Of a stretch of DNA of 64,000 bases, positions 41,735 through 51,242 are shown in pieces. The notes under the pieces are model-generated. The model saw only the letters and a program-made list of their open reading frames with translations. It was not told the origin of the DNA and made no database searches. A program made the translations under genes and the position numbers. Position 1 is the stretch's first letter; each line of letters begins with the position of its first letter. Source of the stretch: Myxococcota bacterium (lineage in GTDB: Bacteria > Myxococcota_A > UBA9160 > UBA6930); contig OZ245015.1 of the NCBI GenBank assembly GCA_965223705.1, positions 640,001-704,000 on the forward strand, in the 5' to 3' direction.

Positions 41735-41868
41735 GGGTGTTCCCCTCAATCGTGAAACGCTTGTCTCTGTATCGGTCGGCGCGCGTCGAAGATCAACCCC
41801 GCGGTAACCGGCAAAAAACGCTCACGAGCCGGCAACTCCCGGCCCTTCGCTACGCTCCGCGACCGAAG

Positions 41869-42657
41869 ATGGTGAAGCTCCACTCCGAAGTCGTCGGGCA
41901 GGGGACGCCGATGCTCCTCATGCACGGCTTCGCCGGCAGTGCGCGCAATTTTCGACCGCAGGCGCGGGCTTTCGCGGATGCCTTCCGCACGCTGACCTTC
42001 GATGCGCGCGGTCACGGTCGAAGCGAAGCGCCGGAAGACCCCGCAGCGTATTCCGTTGCGCATTTCGTCGAAGACGCCAGGGAGCTGCTCGACCGGAACG
42101 GGATGCAGCAGGCTGTGGTCGGGGGCTTGTCGATGGGCGCCGCGATCGCTTTGTCGTTTGCCCAGCGCTACCCCGAGCGCGTCCACGCACTGGTGCTCGC
42201 CTCGATCCCGGCCGGTCGCGGTTCGAGCGATGGCGTGGCCGCGATCGCCGAAGAGTTCGCCTCGATGATCGAGACGCGCGGGCTCGAGGCCGCGGGCGAA
42301 CGTTTCGTCTGGGGCGAGAAGTCGGGGCTTGATGAGGCGACGCGCCCGTGGGTACGGCAGGGTTTTCTCGAGCACGCGCCCCACGGCCTCGCCCATACAC
42401 TACGTGGTGTAATCGCAGCGATCCCCACCTGGTCGGAGTCGAAGGCCGAACTCGAAGCCATCGCGATACCGGCGCTGGTCGTCGCAGGTGCACTCGATCC
42501 GCCTTCCCGCAGCGCCGGCGAAATCGTGGCCCGCACCTTGCCGAAGGGCCAGTTCGTCTGCATCGAGGACGGCGGTCACGTGGTGAACCTTTCGGCGAGA
42601 GACGCATTCAACGACGCGATGCGCGCCTTCCTCGAGCGATTTGTAGCGACGTCGTAA
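41869..42657 (+). CDS. alpha/beta hydrolase
   Basis: HGF, DARGHGRS, GLSMG nucleophile elbow, GHVVN. Confidence 0.92.
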   Translation: MVKLHSEVVGQGTPMLLMHGFAGSARNFRPQARAFADAFRTLTFDARGHGRSEAPEDPAAYSVAHFVEDARELLDRNGMQQAVVGGLSMGAAIALSFAQRYPERVHALVLASIPAGRGSSDGVAAIAEEFASMIETRGLEAAGERFVWGEKSGLDEATRPWVRQGFLEHAPHGLAHTLRGVIAAIPTWSESKAELEAIAIPALVVAGALDPPSRSAGEIVARTLPKGQFVCIEDGGHVVNLSARDAFNDAMRAFLERFVATS

Positions 42658-43187
42658 TGCGCATCGAGCCTCTCGTCAGCGAGGAAGCGCTGCGAGCGCG
42701 GATCGGATCGCTGGTCGACGCTCTGTACCGAGACTTTGCGGATTCGCAACTGACCGTGTTGTGCATCGCGACCGGAGCGCGGCGGTTCGTCGCGGATCTC
42801 GATGCGGGGTTGCGGGCGCGAAACCTGAGGCCGGCTCACACCGAAGTTCGGGTCCACCGCTCCGACGGAACGGAGCTTGGGCCCGTACAGATCGGATCCC
42901 TGGACGCGGAAGCGCTCCGGGATCGCGACGTCTTGATCGTAGACGACATTGTCGACGAAGGTCTGACGCTCCAGGCGGTGATTGAACTGGTCGAGACCAC
43001 CTGCGAAGTGCGCACCATTCGGACCGCGGTCCTCGTCGACAAACGCGAACGACGTCGCGTCGACGTTCCGCTCGACTACGTGGGTTTCCGCGTCGAGCGC
43101 GGCTGGGTCATCGGCTACGGGATGGATCTCGACGGAGCCCACCGCGAGCTCGACTGGATCGGGGTGGCGGTCGACGACCGCTTCTAG
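42657..43187 (+). CDS. hpt: hypoxanthine phosphoribosyltransferase-like protein
   Basis: LIVDDIVDEGLTL PRPP loop, LVDK, WVIGYGMD; TAATG coupling to the upstream gene. Confidence 0.82.
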   Translation: MRIEPLVSEEALRARIGSLVDALYRDFADSQLTVLCIATGARRFVADLDAGLRARNLRPAHTEVRVHRSDGTELGPVQIGSLDAEALRDRDVLIVDDIVDEGLTLQAVIELVETTCEVRTIRTAVLVDKRERRRVDVPLDYVGFRVERGWVIGYGMDLDGAHRELDWIGVAVDDRF

Positions 43188-43513
43188 CCGGCCGGCGCAT
43201 TCGCATCGAGCGCGCGCAAGCGCCGGAACGGGTAGATGCCGGATTCGTGCCCGTCGCTCCAAGCGATCTGGACCGCGTAGCGTCCCACCGACGAGAGTTT
43301 CACGGGGTGGACGTCGTCGGGGACGCTTTCTGCGTCGAGTAGACCTCGTCCACTCCACTCGTCGACGCATTGCGCGCAACCGCAAGCCAGCCGAAGTTCG
43401 CGAACATCGAAACGGCTCGTGTGGCCGTCGGCCCAGGCGATTTCCAGGGTCGTCGCGTCGCCCTGGCGGATCGCGGTCGGGGTGGTTTCGTCAGAGGGGG
43501 AGGCGTCGGACAT
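43184..43513 (-). CDS. DUF971 / GBBH-like N-terminal domain protein
   Basis: WADGH, LRLACGCAQC, VGRYAV.I.WSDGHESGIY. Confidence 0.9.
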   Translation of the reverse strand: MSDASPSDETTPTAIRQGDATTLEIAWADGHTSRFDVRELRLACGCAQCVDEWSGRGLLDAESVPDDVHPVKLSSVGRYAVQIAWSDGHESGIYPFRRLRALDANAPAG

Positions 43514-43539
43514 CACGCTCCATGCTAGCCTCGACCGCA

Positions 43540-44226
43540 ATGAGCCCGGAAGCCTTCGGAACCATTGCAATTCTCGGCGGTACCGGCGACCAAGGCCTCG
43601 GCTTGGCGCTTCGGTTGGTCAGCGCGGGGTGTCACGTCGTCATCGGTTCGCGGGACAAGGCGAAGGCCGAAGCCGCTGCCGCGGAGGTCAAGCGGGCCGT
43701 CCCCGACGCGCGTGTCGAAGGGCGTGCCAACCCGGAGGCGGCCGAGGGAGCCGCGATCGTCTTTCTCTCGATTCCGTTCGAGAATACGGTCTCAACGCTG
43801 GCGTCGGTCCGAGACGCGCTCACGCCGGGGCAGATCGTCGTTTCGATGGTCGTGCCGCTCGCCACCGCGATCGGGGACCGCCCGACACGCACCGTGGGCG
43901 TCCACCAAGGATCGGCGGCCGAGCTGGTCGAGGGCCTCGTGCCCGAGGACGTCGCCGTTGTCGGCGCTCTCCAGAATGTCTCAGCTCACCGCCTCAAGGA
44001 CTTGAGCGTCGAGATGGACTGCGACGTCGTCGTTTGCGGGGAGCGGCGAGCTCGAGAGCACATCGCTTCCCTGTGTGACCTGATCCCCGGGCTCCGGGGG
44101 GTGAACGGCGGCCTTCTCGCGAACGCCAGGATCGTCGAGGATCTGACGGCGCTGATCATCGGGCTCAACATCCGGTACAAGGTCTCGGGCGGTATCGGCA
44201 TTCGCTTTCCGGGAATTCCACGATGA
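43540..44226 (+). CDS. npdG: NADPH-dependent F420 reductase (F420H2:NADP+ oxidoreductase)
   Basis: ILGGTGDQGLGLA, IGSR, VPL, GSAAE, QNVSA, NARIVEDLT...LNIRYK. Confidence 0.88.
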   Translation: MSPEAFGTIAILGGTGDQGLGLALRLVSAGCHVVIGSRDKAKAEAAAAEVKRAVPDARVEGRANPEAAEGAAIVFLSIPFENTVSTLASVRDALTPGQIVVSMVVPLATAIGDRPTRTVGVHQGSAAELVEGLVPEDVAVVGALQNVSAHRLKDLSVEMDCDVVVCGERRAREHIASLCDLIPGLRGVNGGLLANARIVEDLTALIIGLNIRYKVSGGIGIRFPGIPR

Positions 44227-44951
44227 ATGTCCACGCGCTCGCCGAACAGCACTTCTCCGAGCGCGTCGCGCTAAATCCGTATCCGGGCCGGGGCCTGGCC
44301 CTCTGTCGCGGAGAAGACGGCGGATGGCTTGTGATCTACTGGATCATGGGGCGCTCCGCGAACAGCCGAAATCGTCGGTTTGTCCTCGAGGGATCCGATC
44401 TCAGAACGGAACCGGTCGATCTCGCGGCGGTCGAGGATCCGTCGCTCATCATCTACCGCGCGATGGGTGTTCTCGGGCGCCGTTTCGTGGTGACCAACGG
44501 GGATCAGACCGACACGATCCTCACCGGGCTCGAGTCGGGGCAGAGTTTCGAGCTCGCTCTCGAGAAACGCGAGCGCGAGCCGGACGCTCCGAACTACACG
44601 CCTCGGATCAGCGGTTTGCTGGATCTCGACGGCGGTGCCCCGCGGATGGCGCTGTCGGTGCTTTCCGCGAACCTCGCCGATCCAGCGGAAACGGACCGGA
44701 ACGCGTACCGGCCAGCGCTCCCGCCAGCTGGGTTCGGGCGGGCTCTGACCACCTACGAGGGCGACGGAAACCCGTTGCCTCCGTTCCGCGGCGAGCCGCT
44801 CTGGTTTCCCGCGGGGGGGTCGCCCGAAGAGGTTCTCGGACGGTACTGGGCCGCTCTCCATCCCGAGAACCGGGTCGCGCTCGCCGTGCGTTGGATCTCG
44901 CGTGACGGCTCCTCGTCGCGCACCCTCGTTCGCAATCAGCACGACGCTTAA
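44223..44951 (+). CDS. PurO-type IMP cyclohydrolase-like protein
   Basis: YPGRG, IMGRSANSRNR, DPSLIIY, VTNGDQTD, EPDAPNYTPRISG. Confidence 0.85.
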   Translation: MNVHALAEQHFSERVALNPYPGRGLALCRGEDGGWLVIYWIMGRSANSRNRRFVLEGSDLRTEPVDLAAVEDPSLIIYRAMGVLGRRFVVTNGDQTDTILTGLESGQSFELALEKREREPDAPNYTPRISGLLDLDGGAPRMALSVLSANLADPAETDRNAYRPALPPAGFGRALTTYEGDGNPLPPFRGEPLWFPAGGSPEEVLGRYWAALHPENRVALAVRWISRDGSSSRTLVRNQHDA

Positions 44952-45006
44952 CGCCTCTTCGCGCGTGGACTCTACCCCATCGGGTTTTTCCCCGAGGGGC
45001 ATACGC

Positions 45007-45054
45007 AAACCAGTGTTTGTGTAGCAGTGTCTAACCAGACACAAGATTTTGTGG
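45007..45054. promoter_or_regulatory. tandem NrdR boxes
   Basis: ACACAAGATTTTGTGG (45039-45054) fits acaCwAtATaTwGtgt; weaker AAACCAGTGTTTGTGT lies 32 bp upstream; both precede nrdJ. Confidence 0.7.
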
Positions 45055-45557
45055 TTCGACCGATTTTTAGGGTTGACGCTTTTGTGCCTCGGGAGTTAAC
45101 AAGACCGTCACGGGGATGAGTCTCCTTCCGGCGGCCTGGGGGGGTTCGAGAGAACTGGCGGCTGCCGGAGGGATTGAGCTTGGAAGCGGGACGGAGGACC
45201 TGCCCTCGCTCGGGGGCCCCGGGGAGTTCCCGGGGCCTCACTCGACCTCCGAGATTTTTAGCGGATGAAGCGCGCGGCAGGAGCGCGCCAGGGTCTTCCG
45301 GACCGCGGCCATCGCGAGCTGATTCGCGAGTGATGGCTCGCCGGGCGCCCGACGCTCTGGGCTCTTCGGGCAGTACGCCGCTCCGAGTGCTCTGACCGTT
45401 GGCAGACAGCTGGCAGAAGCTCGGGGCATCTCGGCCGGCTACTTCCCGTCGCGCTGAGGCGGCGGCATCGAGATGTGGCGCGAGCGACGCGTACTACGCG
45501 CTAACGCGGGTGATGGACGAGAGTCGGGCCGAGTAGGGCACAATTTAGGGGGGCGAT

Positions 45558-48377
45558 GTGAACGAGGTGGTGGTGAAGCAAGGTGGCTCGCGGCAAGAGG
45601 TTCGAACGTCGGCGGCCGGGTCGGCGAAGAGGACCCGCTCGCGGGGTGGTTCGAAGGGGCGCACGACCAAAAAGTCGCGCGCCCGCGGTCTGCGGATTTC
45701 ACGTCGCTTCACCGAAGCCGGTGTCTCACCCTACGACGAGGTCCAGTGGGAGCTCCGGACAGCCGCAATCAGCAACGAGCGCGGCGAGATCATCTTCGAA
45801 CAGACGGACGTCGAGATCCCCGCGAGCTGGTCACAGTTGGCCACCAACGTCGTGGTCTCGAAATACTTCCGCGGCCACCTGGGTTCGCCGGAGCGAGAGC
45901 GGAGCGTTCGTCAACTGATCGGACGCGTCGTCGGGAAGATCTGCGAATGGGGCGACCGATCGGGCTACTTCGCGACCCCCGAAGATCGAGACGCGTTTAG
46001 CGACGAGCTGACGTACCTGTTGCTTCACCAGAAGCTCGCGTTCAACAGCCCGGTATGGTTCAACTTGGGTGTGAAGGACACGCCGCAGCAAGCGAGCGCC
46101 TGCTTCATCAACTCCGTCGACGACACCATGGAATCGATCATGGATCTCGCGAAGACCGAGGCCATGCTCTTCAAGGGCGGGTCGGGGACGGGCTCCAACC
46201 TCTCGGGGATCCGCTCTTCGAAGGAGCGACTCGCCGGCGGCGGCACCGCGTCGGGGCCGGTGTCGTTCATGAAGGGCTACGACGCGTTCGCGGGTGTCGT
46301 GAAGTCGGGCGGCAAGACGCGCCGCGCGGCCAAGATGGTCATCCTGAACGTCGACCATCCGGACATCCGCGAGTTCATTCAGTGCAAGGCCGAAGAAGAG
46401 AAGAAGGCGTGGAGCCTGATCGACGCGGGCTACGACGGCGGCTTCAACGTACCGGGCGGCGCCTACGATTCCGTGTTCTTCCAGAACGCCAATCACTCGG
46501 TGCGCGTAACGGACGAATTCATGCAGGCCGCCGTCGACGGGCGGCCCTGGCAGACTCGCGCGGTAACGACGGGGGAGACGGTCGACACGTACGAAGCATC
46601 TGAGCTCCTCGGCGAGATCTCGGAGGCCGCACACGTTTGCGGCGATCCGGGGATGCAGTACGACACGACGATCAACCGCTGGAATCCGGTGAAGAATTCG
46701 GGCCGGATTCACTCGAGCAATCCGTGCTCCGAATACATGTTCCTCGACGACACGGCCTGCAACCTGGCGAGCCTCAACCTGATGACGTTCGTCGATGCGG
46801 GCGGTGAGTTCTGCGTCGACGATTTTCGGCGGGCGGCGGCTCTTTCGATCCTCGCTCAGGAAATCGTGGTCGATCACGCCGACTACCCGACGCCGGAGAT
46901 CGCGAAGAACAGTCATCTGTACCGACCGTTGGGTCTCGGCTACGCGAACCTCGGCGCGGTTCTCATGTCCCAGGGCCTTCCCTACGACAGCGATGAGGGG
47001 CGCAACGTCTCGGCGAGCATCACGTCACTCATGTGCGGTGAGGCCTATCGCATGAGTGCGGAGATCGCCGGAGCGATGGGTCCGTTCGCGCGCTACCGCG
47101 CGAACCGCAAGCCCTTCCTCGAAGTGATCGGCATGCACAAAACCTGCGCGGAAGGGGTTCCGGCCGCCGGTGTGCAAGAAGACCTGTGGCAAGCGGCGCG
47201 AAGCGCCTGGGCGGACGCGCTCGAGCTCGGTGAGCGCAACGGCTACAAGAACGGTCAAGTCACCGTCCTGGCGCCGACCGGCACGATCGCGTTCATGATG
47301 GATTGCGACACGACGGGTGTCGAACCCGACATCGCGCTCGTCAAGTACAAGAAGCTGGTGGGTGGCGGTCTCTTGAAGATCGTCAACCAGACCGTTCCGA
47401 TGGCGTTGGCCAAGCTGGGCTACAGCGAAGACCAAGTCCGTGAAATCGTCGCGTACGTCGATGAGAAGGAGACGATCGAAGGCGCACCGGGACTCGCCGA
47501 CGAGCATCTCCCGGTCTTCGATTGCGCGTTTCGGCCGGTCAACGGCCAGCGCTCGATTCATTGGCGCGGGCACATTCGGATGATGGGGGCAGTGCAACCG
47601 TTCCTGTCGGGGGCGATCAGCAAGACGGTGAACCTCCCCAACGACGCGAGCGTCGAGGATTTGCGCGAGGCCTACCTAGAAGGTTGGCGCCTCGGACTCA
47701 AGGCGCTCGCTGTCTACCGAGACGGGAGCAAGCGGACGCAACCGCTCAACGCCGGCAAGGAGGAAGAGGTCGACAACGTGATCTCCCTCGAAGAGCGCCG
47801 GCCGTCGCGGCGCAAGCTGCCGGACGAACGCTCGGCGGTGACGCACAAGTTCTCGATCGCCGGGCACGAGGGCTACTTGACCGTGGGGCTCTACGAAGAC
47901 GGCAACCCGGGCGAAATTTTCCTTCGCATGTCGAAGGAAGGAAGCACGGTGTCGGGTCTGATGGATTCCATCGCGGTCATGACCTCGATGGCGCTTCAGT
48001 ACGGCGTGCCGCTCAAAGCGTTGGTCGACAAGTTCAGTCACACCCGGTTCGAGCCGGCGGGCTTTACGAACAATCGAGAGATTCCCATGGCGAAATCTCC
48101 GATGGACTACATCTTCCGCTTCCTGGGAAACCGTTTCTTGCAGGACGTAGAGACGCCCGACGAACAGGAACTCAATGCGGAAGATTCGGGTCTGATTCCG
48201 TCGCTACCCGAGGCGCCGCGCGTCGCGATCGCGGGCGGCTCGGGAGATGTTGCACCCGGGGCGTCCTTTATCAATCAAGCCGATGCACCGAGTTGCAGCG
48301 AGTGCGGAGACATCATGGTCCGCAACGGCGCCTGCTACAAATGCATGACGTGCGGGAGTACCAGCGGCTGCAGTTAG
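45558..48377 (+). CDS. nrdJ: class II (adenosylcobalamin-dependent) ribonucleotide reductase
   Basis: FNSPVWFN, QASACFI, SNPCSEY, RPLGLGYAN, APTGTI, SGAISKTVN; C-terminal TSCPD-like domain and Zn ribbon. Confidence 0.96.
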   Translation: MNEVVVKQGGSRQEVRTSAAGSAKRTRSRGGSKGRTTKKSRARGLRISRRFTEAGVSPYDEVQWELRTAAISNERGEIIFEQTDVEIPASWSQLATNVVVSKYFRGHLGSPERERSVRQLIGRVVGKICEWGDRSGYFATPEDRDAFSDELTYLLLHQKLAFNSPVWFNLGVKDTPQQASACFINSVDDTMESIMDLAKTEAMLFKGGSGTGSNLSGIRSSKERLAGGGTASGPVSFMKGYDAFAGVVKSGGKTRRAAKMVILNVDHPDIREFIQCKAEEEKKAWSLIDAGYDGGFNVPGGAYDSVFFQNANHSVRVTDEFMQAAVDGRPWQTRAVTTGETVDTYEASELLGEISEAAHVCGDPGMQYDTTINRWNPVKNSGRIHSSNPCSEYMFLDDTACNLASLNLMTFVDAGGEFCVDDFRRAAALSILAQEIVVDHADYPTPEIAKNSHLYRPLGLGYANLGAVLMSQGLPYDSDEGRNVSASITSLMCGEAYRMSAEIAGAMGPFARYRANRKPFLEVIGMHKTCAEGVPAAGVQEDLWQAARSAWADALELGERNGYKNGQVTVLAPTGTIAFMMDCDTTGVEPDIALVKYKKLVGGGLLKIVNQTVPMALAKLGYSEDQVREIVAYVDEKETIEGAPGLADEHLPVFDCAFRPVNGQRSIHWRGHIRMMGAVQPFLSGAISKTVNLPNDASVEDLREAYLEGWRLGLKALAVYRDGSKRTQPLNAGKEEEVDNVISLEERRPSRRKLPDERSAVTHKFSIAGHEGYLTVGLYEDGNPGEIFLRMSKEGSTVSGLMDSIAVMTSMALQYGVPLKALVDKFSHTRFEPAGFTNNREIPMAKSPMDYIFRFLGNRFLQDVETPDEQELNAEDSGLIPSLPEAPRVAIAGGSGDVAPGASFINQADAPSCSECGDIMVRNGACYKCMTCGSTSGCS

Positions 48378-48387
48378 CTGTAGAGCG

Positions 48388-48765
48388 CTAGTAGATCCAA
48401 CGACCGTTCTGGAAGCGGAAGATCTCGGTGATCGGGCTGCGGCCCGCGACCTTGCAGTTGCGCGCGGCATCCGCACATCGAAGCTGCTGGTAGCGGAGAA
48501 TTCCCACGTAGGGGGCGCCCGCGTGCCCCGTCGGCTTGAGCTCCATTCGGTAGTCGTCTCCGTAGCCGGTGTAGCCGGTTCCGGCGCGCTCAGCGTTCGC
48601 ACGGTTTTGTTCGCCCGCGCGCTGCATCTTGCCCATCCATTCGCGCGCGAATCGCTCAAACGAGGCTTTCGCTTCGGGCTCACCGGCAGGCGCGCCCGCA
48701 AGAGCCGCCGGAGCGGTGAAGAGGAGGGTGGCACCCAGTAAGGCCAGGAGGATTTTCGGAGCCAT
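48388..48765 (-). CDS. secreted hypothetical protein
   Basis: GGAG SD; signal peptide; YVGILRY...TEIFRFQNGRWIY. Confidence 0.7.
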   Translation of the reverse strand: MAPKILLALLGATLLFTAPAALAGAPAGEPEAKASFERFAREWMGKMQRAGEQNRANAERAGTGYTGYGDDYRMELKPTGHAGAPYVGILRYQQLRCADAARNCKVAGRSPITEIFRFQNGRWIY

Positions 48766-49066
48766 GACGATCATCTCCAAACCGATGTCCCCACCCCGAA
48801 AACCGGGGTCAATATACATCGGTTCTTCACGAACTCGACACCGCCGGGTGCGCTGCCCTCTCACCCTACTCAGGGTATTGGGCAACGGTCAAGCGCTCCC
48901 AGAGACTGTCTGAGTTCTCTGTCGGACCAACCGCCGTTTCGGATCATTCAGCGCAAACCTTTCCCGCCGGGGGAATAGATGGCATTCCCATGGCAAGGGA
49001 GAGGCATTTCGCCGTCAAATGGCCTTCCCCGTGGGCCGTAAGCTGGATCGAGGGTAATTTCTTGCC

Positions 49067-49747
49067 ATGGCGCAACGAATACTGGTTGTCGATGACGAAC
49101 CGGATCTCCTCGAGCTCGTTCGCTTCAACCTGGTCCAGGCTGGCTATATCGTCGATACGGCCGAGGCCGGTGAGGAAGGCCTCTCGAAGGCTCGTCGAGC
49201 GGTACCGGACCTGATCGTTCTCGACGTGATGCTGCCGGATCTTCCGGGAACGGAAGTTTGCCGGAGGCTGCGCGCCGAACCGAGCTTGGCGGAAACGCCG
49301 GTGTTGATGCTCACCGCCAAGTCCGAGGAAGTCGACCGAGTCGTCGGCTTCGAGATCGGCGCGGATGACTACGTCACCAAGCCCTTCAGCCCCCGCGAGC
49401 TCACGCTTCGGATTCAGGCCATCCTCCGCCGTTCGGGTACGCCGCGCGAAGAGCAAGACGTGCTGGAGCACGGCACCCTCCGCATCGACCGGGATCGGCA
49501 TCGCTGCTGGGTGTTGGACGAGCCGGTCTCCCTGACCGCGAAAGAGTTCCGCCTGCTCTCCTCGCTGATGAGCCGTGCGGGGCGGGTGATGACGAGGGAC
49601 TCTCTTCTCGACGAGGTGTGGGGTTCCGATATCACGGTCACGACACGGACGATCGATACCCACCTCAAGCGACTCCGAGAAAAGCTGGGAGACGCGGGCG
49701 ATCTCATCGAGACGGTACGGGGCGTAGGCTACCGATTCGCCGAGTAG
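49067..49747 (+). CDS. phoB: OmpR/PhoB-family response regulator
   Basis: ILVVDDE, LDVMLP, GADDYVTKPF, IETVRGVGY; adjacent to pst genes. Confidence 0.9.
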   Translation: MAQRILVVDDEPDLLELVRFNLVQAGYIVDTAEAGEEGLSKARRAVPDLIVLDVMLPDLPGTEVCRRLRAEPSLAETPVLMLTAKSEEVDRVVGFEIGADDYVTKPFSPRELTLRIQAILRRSGTPREEQDVLEHGTLRIDRDRHRCWVLDEPVSLTAKEFRLLSSLMSRAGRVMTRDSLLDEVWGSDITVTTRTIDTHLKRLREKLGDAGDLIETVRGVGYRFAE

Positions 49748-49749
49748 CG

Positions 49750-51105
49750 TTGGATCGGCTTACGCGCCGGCTCTGTGTCTCCGGGCTGCTGGTCGCAGCC
49801 TGTACCGCTTTCACGTACGCGGCCGTTTCTGGCAAGTTTTCCCTGCTGGCGACGATTGGAGCCGCCGCTGTCTGCGGCGTCGCGATTGCGATCGCGGCCT
49901 GGACCGTTCGTCGCCGCCTCGGCGAACCGATCGACGCGCTGCAAAGAACGCTCGATCGCTTCGGTGAGGGAGAACTCGAGACCCCTGTTCCGCCCCGCCA
50001 GTACGGCGATGTCCGAAGCTTGTCGCGTTCGCTCGAGGCGATGCGTGAAAGACTGCACCGCCGTCTCGAGGCGGCGGAATCCGAAGGCGCGCAGCTTCGC
50101 GCGGTTTTGGCGGACATGGTGGAAGGCGTCGTCGTCCTCGACACCAGGGGTCGCATTCAAGTCGTCAACCAGCGGTTGCGCCAGCTCGCCGATGTTTGGG
50201 GGGAAGCCGACGGTCGCCACTACTGGGAGTTCTTCCGGCACAGCGCACTTGTGGAAGCGCTGCGCAGCGCGCTCGAGAGTGACGCGGTGTTCGTGACGGA
50301 AGTGACGTTCGGAGCGAAAGACGGGCGCGTGGTACAGATGCACGCGACCGGCTTCGGAAGCAGCGGGACAACCATCGGAACCGTCGCCGTCTTTCACGAT
50401 ATCACCGAGCTGCGACGGCTCGAGCGGGTGCGCCGCGATTTCGTCGCGAACGTCTCCCACGAGCTGAAGACACCGCTGACCGCCATTCGCGGATTCGCCG
50501 AGACATTGCGCGTAGAGGAGGTGCCCGACGATCAGCGGGATCGGTATCTGGGCATCATCGAGCGGCACGCGAAAAGGCTGACGCGCCTGATCGAAGACCT
50601 GATGGCGCTCTCCAGAGTCGAAGGCGGTACGGAGGCCCTCAACCCGGAGGTGGTCGACATCCGCCGCCTCGTGGCCGGGACGCTCTCGGACATGTCCGGC
50701 CAGATCGAGGCGCGCAAGCTCGAAATCAACGAAGACCATCAGGGTGCCTGCCTGGCTTACGCCGACCGGCTCGCCGTCGAGCAGATCCTGGTCAACCTGA
50801 TCGACAACGCGGCCAAGTACAGCGACCCGGGAGGTCGCATCGAGATCCGCACGCGAACCGGGCCCAACACAATTCGGATTTCCGTCGCCGACAGCGGGAT
50901 CGGGATTCCCGATGGAGAGCACGACCGAATTTTCGAGCGCTTCTATCGCGTCGACGCCGCCCGCGGCCGCGACGTCGCCGGTACCGGACTCGGTTTGGCC
51001 ATCGTTCGCCATCTTCTTCAATTGAGCGGCGGCGAAATCGCGGTCGAATCCGAGCACGGCACGGGCTCGACCTTCACCGTTTCGCTACCGACGCCACCGA
51101 ATTGA
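49750..51105 (+). CDS. phoR: PhoR-like sensor kinase (HAMP-PAS-HisKA-HATPase)
   Basis: RRDFVANVSHELKTPLT, NLIDNAAKY, FERFYRVD, GTGLGL. Confidence 0.9.
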   Translation: MDRLTRRLCVSGLLVAACTAFTYAAVSGKFSLLATIGAAAVCGVAIAIAAWTVRRRLGEPIDALQRTLDRFGEGELETPVPPRQYGDVRSLSRSLEAMRERLHRRLEAAESEGAQLRAVLADMVEGVVVLDTRGRIQVVNQRLRQLADVWGEADGRHYWEFFRHSALVEALRSALESDAVFVTEVTFGAKDGRVVQMHATGFGSSGTTIGTVAVFHDITELRRLERVRRDFVANVSHELKTPLTAIRGFAETLRVEEVPDDQRDRYLGIIERHAKRLTRLIEDLMALSRVEGGTEALNPEVVDIRRLVAGTLSDMSGQIEARKLEINEDHQGACLAYADRLAVEQILVNLIDNAAKYSDPGGRIEIRTRTGPNTIRISVADSGIGIPDGEHDRIFERFYRVDAARGRDVAGTGLGLAIVRHLLQLSGGEIAVESEHGTGSTFTVSLPTPPN

Positions 51106-51153
51106 AATCCGCTCCGCGGCGAGAAGCCACGATTCCTGCGAATCGAAACGCTT

Positions 51154-51171
51154 CCGTCACTGTTTTGTCAC
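51154..51171 (+). promoter_or_regulatory. Pho box upstream of the porin
   Basis: CCGTCAC-tgtt-TTGTCAC, 11-bp period. Confidence 0.7.
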
Positions 51172-51242
51172 AGCAGTCCCGTTAACTGCGGCCGACGGTC
51201 GACAGTCCGTAGCCACGGGCCGGCCGTGGAGGGGAATGGGAC

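Noticed and set aside
45185..45210. Canonical cobalamin riboswitch upstream of nrdJ
   Set aside because: Only a GACCTGCC-like 3' piece is present; the GGGAA/GGTG/ACTG core was not found. Kept only as an unclassified structured leader
48980..48995. TGGCATT-CCCA-TGGCA as a sigma-54 promoter for phoB
   Set aside because: GG-N10-GC spacing fits but both elements deviate from consensus; a leaderless TAATTT explains phoB more simply
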